NCBI RefSeq assembly: GCF_006345805.1
Contig: NW_021828595.1
Span: forward strand, 1-8,008
From: Octopus sinensis
Lineage: Eukaryota
Direction of reading: 5' to 3'
Length of the DNA: 8,008 bases
Position 1 is the stretch's first letter; the number at the start of each line of letters is the position of its first letter. The position numbers and the translations under genes are program-made. The notes below the pieces were generated by a model. The model made no database searches and was not told the origin of the DNA. It was given only the letters and a program-made list of their open reading frames with translations. Below, piece after piece: positions 1 to 6,600 of the stretch.

Positions 1-146
1 TTCAATGTTAGGAATCATTAGCGGAAGCTTTATCATCTTCATTATAACCATCATCGCCGCCGCCGCCGCCGTCATATTAGTCGTCGTCGTTATCATCATC
101 ATAATTAATAGTAATAATAATAGCAATAATAGCTACAACACACACA

Positions 147-148
<2 letters not shown>
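1..148. repeat. Degenerate mixed trinucleotide low-complexity tract (ATC, GCC, GTC, ATA/ATC units)
   Basis: Runs such as catcatcgccgccgccgccgccgtc, gtcgtcgtcgttatcatcatc and aataataatagcaataatagc read directly from the sequence. Confidence 0.75.

Positions 149-196
<48 letters not shown>
149..196. repeat. (TAA)16 perfect microsatellite
   Basis: 48 bp of uninterrupted TAA units. Confidence 0.97.
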
Positions 197-197
<1 letters not shown>

Positions 198-251
198 GTT
201 TAAATATTTGTTGTGCAAGATTTTTTATGTGAAGTCGTGTGTTGAAACAGA

Positions 252-308
252 TATTGTTATATTTCGGAATGGCTAAACTGGCAATGACCATTCCGAAATA
301 TAACAATA
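252..308. other. Perfect 21-bp inverted repeat with 15-nt loop, at the end of a ~110-bp non-repetitive island between two TAA arrays
   Basis: 252-272 tattgttatatttcggaatgg is the exact reverse complement of 288-308 ccattccgaaatataacaata; loop 273-287 ctaaactggcaatga. Confidence 0.95.
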
Positions 309-317
309 ATAATAATA

Positions 318-358
<41 letters not shown>

Positions 359-391
359 AATATAATAATTAATTAATAATAATAATAAAAT

Positions 392-436
<45 letters not shown>

Positions 437-445
437 TATTTATTA

Positions 446-488
<43 letters not shown>

Positions 489-504
489 TTATTATTATTA
501 TTAA
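301..504. repeat. Imperfect (TAA)n array (301-435) switching to its reverse complement (TTA)n (436-504)
   Basis: Palindromic centre aataa|ttatt at 431-440; TAA units on the left, TTA units on the right. Confidence 0.93.
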
Positions 505-1475
505 GGAATTCAAGGCTACTGGATCAAAAGGTTTGGTGAATGACATGCACGAATATCTGCGCAACTCAACACCTTGTTAAATGCCGACCAAGCAACACCA
601 GAGTGGTTGACATTGGGTAGGACAGTGCTGTGCCTGAAAAACATCGTAAAAGGCAATACGGTAGACAAATACAGACCGATATCCTGTTTGCCACTTATGT
701 GAAAGTTATTGACTGGAATACTCGCAGAGCCAATGTACAAAAATCTAGAAAAAAATGGAATCCTGCCACATGAGCAGAAGGGTTGCAAGCGTAAGTACAG
801 AGGTACCAAGGATCAACTCCTGATTGATAAAACTGTACTCAGAGACTGCAAGAGGAGGAAAAGTAATTTAGCCATGTTATGGATCGACTATCGTAAGGCG
901 TACGATATGATCCCACATTCTTGGATTATGGAGTACATGTACCTGTTTGGGATTGCAGGGAATGTTGAGCGATTGCTTGGAAAAAGTATGGCGAATTGGA
1001 GAACGGACCTGACAGCATACGGAAGAAGTTTAGGGACAGTAGAAATTAGGAGGGACATCTTCAAAGGGGAGTGCCTGTCCCCACTGATCTTTGTACTGTG
1101 CTTGATACCATAAACACTGATTCTGAGGAAAGCAAAAGCTGGGTGTGTATTCAAAAGCCGCCAACAAAATGTCAACGATTTGTTATTCATGGATGGCCTC
1201 AGAATTTATGGTAAAGATGAAGCCCAAGTCAGTACCCTCGTTGATACGGTGTATACCTTCAGTGCTGATATCAGAATGGAGTTCGGACTGGGAAAGTGTG
1301 GTGTGTTAGTCTTGAAGAGAGCCAAAATCAAATGTATGGACGGACTAACGATACTGTCGGGGGAGGTTATGAAGCAGATACAAGAGACAGGCTATAAGTA
1401 CTTGGGAATTTTGGAAATGGATAAATTGATAGAGAAAGAAACGACAGAAAACTTTAAGGTGGAGTACTTGCGCAG
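505..1475 (+). mobile_element. Non-LTR retrotransposon (LINE) reverse transcriptase relic, R4/Dong-like; truncated at both ends and inactive
   Basis: One reading frame from 505 to 1473 (323 codons, no frameshift): GIQGYWIKRF...[14 protein letters not shown]...[16 protein letters not shown]...[21 protein letters not shown]...WIDYRKAYD (880-906) MIPHSWI...IFKGECLSP (1057-1083)...LLFMDGL (FMDG 1186-1197, normally FMDD)...FGLGKC...YKYLG (1393-1407)...EYLR. In-frame stops at 541-543, 700-702 and 1111-1113. RT identity is strong; the R4/Dong clade call is from motif recall and needs phylogeny. Confidence 0.9.
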
Positions 1476-1480
1476 CCATC

Positions 1481-1562
1481 TTTGAGCTGAGAACGTAGCG
1501 ACGGGCGAAATACTGCTAAGCATTTCGTCCAGCGTGCTAACGATTCTGCCAGCTCGCCGCCT
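1481..1562 (-). mobile_element. tRNA-derived SINE head (window family 2), truncated at the B box
   Basis: Minus strand reads AGGCGGCGAGCTGGCAGAATCGTTAGCACGCTGG...CGTTCTCAGCTCAAA: A-box-like TGGCAGAATCG (plus 1540-1551) and partial B-box-like AGCTCAAA (plus 1481-1488). Homologous to 7269-7320 in this window. Confidence 0.8.
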
Positions 1563-1621
<59 letters not shown>

Positions 1622-1650
1622 CAACAACAACAAAAACAACAATGATAATA
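1563..1650. repeat. (TAA)18 followed by (CAA)n
   Basis: Perfect TAA from 1565 to 1618, then CAA units to about 1642. Confidence 0.95.
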
Positions 1651-1750
1651 GTATCGGCCATTTGAATTCGATTGATGTTCCAGTGTATTTGTATTCCGTC
1701 CTTCTGTCATCAATATCAATGGTACTTGTGTCAAAGAAAAACATTACGAT

Positions 1751-1788
1751 CAGTAGTAGCAGCACTAGCAGTAATAGTAGTCGTAGTC

Positions 1789-1838
<50 letters not shown>
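1751..1838. repeat. (TAG)n microsatellite with CAG/TCG/TAA variants at the left end
   Basis: Direct reading; source of the poly-S, poly-V and poly-L ORFs in the track. Confidence 0.95.
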
Positions 1839-2083
1839 TTCATTATTATCATTGGCCTTTAGATTCTGATTGGTATTATTTCACAAGGTACGAGATAATG
1901 AAAGAACTTCAGTGACCCGTACACTAACGATTGTAAGACAGCCTTCGTTCGTAAGAGTCTGTCGGTGGTGTTAGTCTTTGTAGTAGCGTTTGTGGTAATG
2001 TTTGTGGGTCGGTGGTGGCGGTAGTGATGCTAGGGCTGGAAGACGAGGAAGGAGTTTCCTTTTGATTTAGTGAGAAGGTACAC

Positions 2084-2232
2084 TTCTTTTTCTTCTTCTT
2101 CTTCTTCTTCTTCTTCTTCTTCTTCTTCTTCTTCTTCTTCTTCTTCTTCTTCTTCTTCTTCTTCTTCTTCTTCTTCTTCTTCTTCTTCTTCTTCTTCTTC
2201 GTCTTCTTCTTCTTTTTCTTCTTCTTCTTCTT
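2084..2232. repeat. (TTC)n / (GAA)n microsatellite with 37 perfect units (2090-2200)
   Basis: Direct reading; source of the poly-R ORF 2067-2267. Confidence 0.97.
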
Positions 2233-2591
2233 GAAATCATCAAAGAACGATAGTTAGTTAGCGACAAGCAAGACTACGTCATTTACCAATAGCTTTCGCG
2301 TGAGAGGTATCGAGTATCGATCAAAGCTTTTATAAACCAAAGTACGAAAAAATTAATCGACAAAAATTAAAATATAACAATTATGATTCACAAAAAAGAA
2401 ACAGGCTTCTTGTTGATCTTTTGCTATATGAGGTCAATTTCGTAGTTATTTCCACCCAGAGGATGTGAAAGGAGTGAGTAAGGGCTGAGAATTAAAAGAA
2501 TGAAATTTGTAAAAAGAACCCCAAAATGATAGATTCATCAAATACAACACGCCGGTTTCAGTGCCTGAAGATAATTAAATTTTTGTTAGAT

Positions 2592-2650
2592 TCTCTCTCT
2601 CGCTTTCTCTCTCACACGCACTCTCTCTCTCTCTCTCTTCACACACACAC

Positions 2651-2693
<43 letters not shown>

Positions 2694-2710
2694 TTCGAAA
2701 TATATATATA
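2592..2710. repeat. Compound dinucleotide microsatellite (CT)n-(CA)n-(TA)n
   Basis: Direct reading. Confidence 0.93.
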
Positions 2711-2752
2711 ACAATTTATTTTTTAAAAAATGTTATAAAATTATATATATGT

Positions 2753-3018
2753 TACTCTTTACTCTTTTAGATGCTGGAGAACCGCCTTTAGTCGAAGAAA
2801 TCGACCCCACAACTTATTCTTTGTAAGCCTAGTACTTATTCTATCGGTCTCTTTTGCTGAACCGCTAAGTTACGGGGACGTAAACACACCAGCATCTGTT
2901 GTCAAGCGTTTCAGTTTCCGTGCACCAAATCCACTCACGAGGCTTTGGTCGGCCCGAGACTACAGTAGAAGACACTTGCTCAAAGTGCCACGCAGTGGGA
3001 CTGAACCCGGAACCATGT

Positions 3019-3021
<3 letters not shown>
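2753..3021 (-). mobile_element. tRNA-derived SINE, window family 1, copy A (internal microsatellite spacer and A box missing)
   Basis: 2771-2908 aligns with 3536-3673 and with the reverse complement of ~6410-6550; 2909-3021 aligns with 3763-3848 and with the reverse complement of 5662-5778. B-box-like GGTTCAGTCC at plus 2998-3007. Short-repeat tail actctttactctttt at 2754-2768. Confidence 0.88.

Positions 3022-3061
<40 letters not shown>
3021..3061. repeat. (TA)20 perfect tract
   Basis: Direct reading. Confidence 0.97.
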
Positions 3062-3064
<3 letters not shown>

Positions 3065-3423
3065 GATAAAGTTATTTATATATAAAAAAAATAATTTAAA
3101 AATGTTATAAAATCTTTTATCAGGATGTTACTAACCTTTTTGAGAAGAATTTTTTTTTCCTAGTGTGTAAGCGCTACATACAGATTCATATATACATATA
3201 TATAATTCGAAATTATTTAATAACGAAAAGCAGAAGGCAAAGATTGGCGAATGAATAACAAAGAAGTTGTATTATTACTATGATTAGTATTACGATATTT
3301 TGACAGTCAGGAAAAAAGTGAGAAGAGCATAGGCTCCTCTAAAGAAACAAATGAGGAAACAAAACCGATGTAGAGAGGAAAACGTCCGTGCACATGCCGA
3401 ATGAATCAGAGGAAAAGGATGAA

Positions 3424-3490
3424 TATATATATATATATAATAGATATATATATATATATATTATATATATATATGTATATATATATACAT
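3424..3490. repeat. Imperfect (TA)n tract
   Basis: Direct reading. Confidence 0.9.
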
Positions 3491-3492
3491 AC

Positions 3493-3694
3493 ACTCTTTT
3501 ACTCGTTTACTTGTTTCAGTCATTTGACTGTAGCCATGCTGAAGCATCGCATTTAGTCGAGCCAATCGACCCCAGACCTTATTCTTTGTATGCCTAGTAT
3601 TTATTCTATCGCTCTCTTTTGCTGAACCGCTATATTACGGGGACGTAAACACACCAGCATCGGTTGTCAAGCGATGCTGGAGGACAGACACATA

Positions 3695-3736
<42 letters not shown>

Positions 3737-3879
3737 ACACACATACATATACGACGGGCTTCTTCCAGGTTGCGTCTACCAAATCCACCCACAAGGCTTT
3801 GGTCGGTCCAAGGCTATAGTAGAAGACACTTGCCCGGGATCATGTAGTTGGTAAGCAAGCTACTTACCACACAGCCACT
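3493..3879 (-). mobile_element. tRNA-derived SINE, window family 1, copy B (near full length, internal (CA)n spacer ~3690-3750, B box deleted)
   Basis: A-box-like TGGCTGTGTGG at plus 3867-3877; homologous to copies A, C, D and the 6365-6600 tail; 27-bp deletion at 3833-3837 relative to copy A. Confidence 0.9.
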
Positions 3880-4340
3880 GATATATATATATATATGTAT
3901 TTGTATTTGTTTACGCTTATCAATGGAAGTAATGATGTACGTATGCAGATTTAACGATTAGATTAATGGTATAATATAAATTCCACACCATTTTATGGTA
4001 CTCTCCATAAAACGCACGTTTATGGATCATTAATTCTTTTCGGATGACTTATAAAATATTTACGAAAATGAACATATTAGGTTTTGGATAAATTGATATT
4101 AAAATTTTATTACACAAACCTTTGCCACAGAAATAAATATTCATACTAAAACGCCTTAGATCTTTATCTGTATATAACAATTCTATTTGTGCAACGGTAC
4201 TAATGCACAAAATAAATATTAAACAATTTATGTTTTTCGAAAATCATATTTTATTGAGCGAAAGTATTTACCCCTTAAAATTTCGTTGCCATCTTTACCT
4301 GAGTTTGATTACAAGTGGTTTCAAAGTAAGATATGTCCAA

Positions 4341-4572
4341 CATACTTTATTTCTTGTTGCTGCAATCCACTCAGCTGGCAAAAGTGAAATTTTCCTGTAT
4401 TTCAAAGGGCCAACTTTGTTACATTCTTTGTCGCGCTGAATCTCCCTAAGAACTACGTTAAAGGTATGCGTGACCGGGGAGAGCTCAGTCACTTACACGT
4501 TAATTTCACGAGCAAGCTGTTCCGTTGATCGGATGAACTGGAGCACACGTCGTCGTAACCGACGGATTGCTA
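4341..4572 (+). mobile_element. SINE body and tail, window family 3 (CORE-like central segment; tRNA head absent)
   Basis: catactttatttcttgttgctgcaatccactcagctggcaaaaa resembles the CORE-SINE central domain as I recall it; 4513-4544 matches 7004-7034 at 26/32 within the window. Family boundaries rest on recalled consensus. Confidence 0.6.
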
Positions 4573-4820
4573 CTTTAATCATTTTGGAGTAACAATATTT
4601 GATCGTCATAATTCTTGAAATCTTTAAAATGCCTAACAGGTGGAGGCTGATTCGTCTTGCATAATACTACTAAACGCTTTCAGCCAATCAAAATTACTTC
4701 TTTTGTTCTTCCCAGATATTATTCAAATTTTGTTTATATTCAGTGCCTCTTCATTTCGTATGGAAATTTGTTTTACTTTCATAATCGCCCGAAGATCGGA
4801 AAGCAGAGAGTTTCAGCTTA

Positions 4821-4914
<94 letters not shown>

Positions 4915-4918
4915 TTAC

Positions 4919-4997
<79 letters not shown>

Positions 4998-5058
4998 CCT
5001 ATCTATCTATCTATCTATCTATCTGTCTGTCTGTCTGTCTGCCTGTCTGTCTGTCTGT
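4821..5058. repeat. (ATCT)n tetranucleotide array grading into (GTCT)n
   Basis: ATCT units 4821-5024 with rare ACCT/ATTT variants, GTCT units 5025-5058; source of the SIYL-repeat ORF. Confidence 0.97.
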
Positions 5059-5408
5059 ATGTTCATTTGTAACCTAAGAGCAAAGCATACGGTGTATGCT
5101 TTAGTTGTATGCAAGCGAATATATAAATTTAAAAATCAATCATTCATCTTCCCAAGATAACGTTGGAAGTAAGTAACTATATGCTCTATGTAACCTAGTT
5201 TAACTAGAGGCGGCTTCAATTTTGAAACAAACACATGCTCATGAATCAGTTTCTGGAATCGTTCAAGACATATGCATGGAGTTTACACAGACACACACAG
5301 AAATACACACGCGCGCGCGGGCATTGTTATTATTTAAAACAGTTTAATTCAGTTCCGTGCGACTAAAATGTTCGCGTGAATCGAACAGAAACCCGTCTCA
5401 GCCAGACG

Positions 5409-5489
5409 TACGAGGATGTGCAGTTAATTATAATTTTATTCAACATATTCCTCTCCCAGATACCCACACCTATTGCAGGGGCCCTCGTA
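5409..5489 (-). mobile_element. 77-bp internally deleted mariner-type mini-element with TA target duplication
   Basis: TA-CGAGG (5409-5415) and CCTCG-TA (5483-5489) are inverted termini; minus strand 5480-5436 translates [14 protein letters not shown], resembling the mariner transposase C-terminus (W.KC....G.YVE*). Confidence 0.65.
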
Positions 5490-5511
5490 TATATATGTAT
5501 ATTATATATGC

Positions 5512-5542
<31 letters not shown>

Positions 5543-5657
5543 TGTATATATATAGATATATATATATGTTATATATATATATGTATATATATATATATGT
5601 ATATATATATGTATATATACACGCGATTCTATTATATATATACATATATATATATAT
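5488..5657. repeat. Long imperfect (TA)n tract with TG/CA interruptions
   Basis: Direct reading; source of the YI-repeat ORFs. Confidence 0.93.
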
Positions 5658-5789
5658 ACCAACCATATGGTTCAGTCAGGGTTCAGTCTCACTGCGCGGC
5701 ATCTTGGGCAAGAGTCTTCTACTATAGCCTCGGCCCGACCCAGCCTTGTGAGTGGATTTGGTAGAAGGAAACTGAAAGAAGCCCGTCGT
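5658..5789 (+). mobile_element. SINE family 1, copy C (head lacking A box, duplicated B-box motif, no adjacent tail)
   Basis: accaaccatatggttc...cttgggcaagagtcttctactatagcc...gtgagtggatttggtagaaggaaactgaaagaagcccgtcg is homologous to the reverse complement of 3752-3855 and 2909-3021. Confidence 0.9.
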
Positions 5790-5857
5790 ATATATATATA
5801 TATATTATATATATATATATATATTATATATATATATATATATATATGATATATATA
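5789..5857. repeat. (TA)n tract linking SINE copy C to a transposon terminus
   Basis: Direct reading. Confidence 0.93.
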
Positions 5858-6110
5858 CAGGGTGCATAAGATATTTGAGGACAGATTTCTGTTTGTAAAA
5901 AAAGAAAAGCAGCCATATTCAATAGACCCACCTTCAGCTCCAACAACTGCTTCTATATGAGATCTAAATCATCTACATGCTCGAATCAAATGGTCCTGGA
6001 TAATTTTGGACATTTCTCTGTCTATGGCAGCTTTCAAAGAATCTTTGGTGTTATGGGCGTGTTCATTGACCTCTCTCAACAACGCTCCACATGTAATAGT
6101 CCAAGGCATT
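5856..6110 (-). mobile_element. Tc1/mariner-superfamily DNA transposon relic (maT/DD37D-like): transposase C-terminus plus one terminal inverted repeat
   Basis: Minus strand 6110 to 5918 translates NALDYYMWSVVER/(frameshift at 6071)VNEHAHNTKDSLKAAIDREMSKIIQDHLIRACR*FRSHIEAVVGAEGGSIE. NALDY corresponds to the SPDLNPLDY motif carrying the third catalytic Asp (D rather than the Tc1 E); stop at 5969-5971. The element ends at TA|CAGGGTG (5856-5864), a terminus typical of maT-type elements. Confidence 0.85.
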
Positions 6111-6158
6111 CATTATAAAATAAATATATACAAATTATAGAAATAATGATAAAAAATA

Positions 6159-6243
6159 CAGTAGTGGCTGTGTGGTAAATAGCTTGCTTAACAAAATCTT
6201 GTGAGAGGATTTGGTAGACGGAAACTGAAAGAAGCGCGTCGTA
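6159..6243 (+). mobile_element. SINE family 1, copy D head (A box present, ~76-bp deletion removing the B box)
   Basis: agtggctgtgtggtaaatagcttgctta joined directly to ttgtgagaggatttggtagacggaaactgaaagaagcgcgtcg; A-box-like TGGCTGTGTGG at 6165-6175. Confidence 0.88.
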
Positions 6244-6364
6244 TATATACATAACTAATGAAAGACAGAAGATGTGATATACAAGAATTTATTATTAATC
6301 ACAATTGTCTTGGCACATCTAGCATCGTTTCCTCCTCCTCCTACACACACACATACACACACAC

Positions 6365-6600
6365 GTGTGTGTGTGTATGTGTTTGTGTGTCTGTGTTTTG
6401 TCCCCCCGACATCACTTGACAACTGATGCTGGTTGTTTACGTTCCCGTAACTTAGCGGTTCGGCAATAAAGTACGATAGAATAAGTACTAGGCTTACAAA
6501 GAATAAGTCCTGGTATCGATTTGCTCATTAAAGGCGGTGCTCGAGCATGGCCACAGTCAAATGACTGAAGCAAGTAAAAGAATAAAAGAATAATAGAATA
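6365..6600 (+). mobile_element. SINE family 1 3' half (GT spacer, body and AAAAGAAT-type short-repeat tail)
   Basis: Reverse-complement homologue of 3493-3690 and 2771-2908; ends in taaaagaataaaagaataatagaata. Confidence 0.9.

Noticed and set aside
271-305. Possible hammerhead ribozyme (ctggcaatga...cgaaa) of a Penelope-like element
   Set aside because: CUGGCAA has two mismatches to the CUGANGA core and no stem II can form before GAAA.
516-1190. Minus-strand ORFs 516-809 and 888-1190
   Set aside because: Antisense shadows of the RT frame with no recognisable motif.
709-1485. RT ORFs as an active or domesticated gene, or as a retron, DGR, group II intron or defence RT
   Set aside because: Three in-frame stops, FMDG instead of FMDD, truncation at both ends, LINE-type motifs and a eukaryotic repeat context; no ncRNA, template/variable repeat pair or accessory gene is visible.
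1481-1562. tRNA gene
   Set aside because: A- and B-box-like motifs are present but the sequence is cut at the B box, no cloverleaf can be completed, and a homologue at 7148-7320 shows it is a SINE head.
1565-1838. TAA, CAA and TAG arrays in the same triplet register across ~270 bp
   Set aside because: One-in-three chance for the TAG array; the intervening 1660-1750 sequence shows no clear periodicity.
1392-2267. Poly-I, -Y, -L, -S, -V and -R ORFs
   Set aside because: Translations of TAA, CAA, TAG and TTC microsatellites.
2440-2480. Weak resemblance of ttatttccacccagaggatgtgaaagg to the family-2 SINE body
   Set aside because: Too short and diverged to support without a profile search.
3300-3375. 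Possible host exon after the acceptor-like ttttgacag
   Set aside because: Frames are short or stop-containing, no convincing donor site and no recognisable protein motif.
4917-5000. ACCT variants 80 bp apart suggesting a higher-order repeat in the ATCT array
   Set aside because: Only two occurrences, with different neighbouring variants.
4203-5077. ORFs 4203-4439, 4295-4492 and 4640-5077
   Set aside because: They overlap a SINE body or the ATCT array and show no domain signature.
5303-5319. Alternating purine-pyrimidine run ending in (CG)5, potential Z-DNA
   Set aside because: Real but short; such runs are common in this microsatellite-rich context and nothing indicates function.
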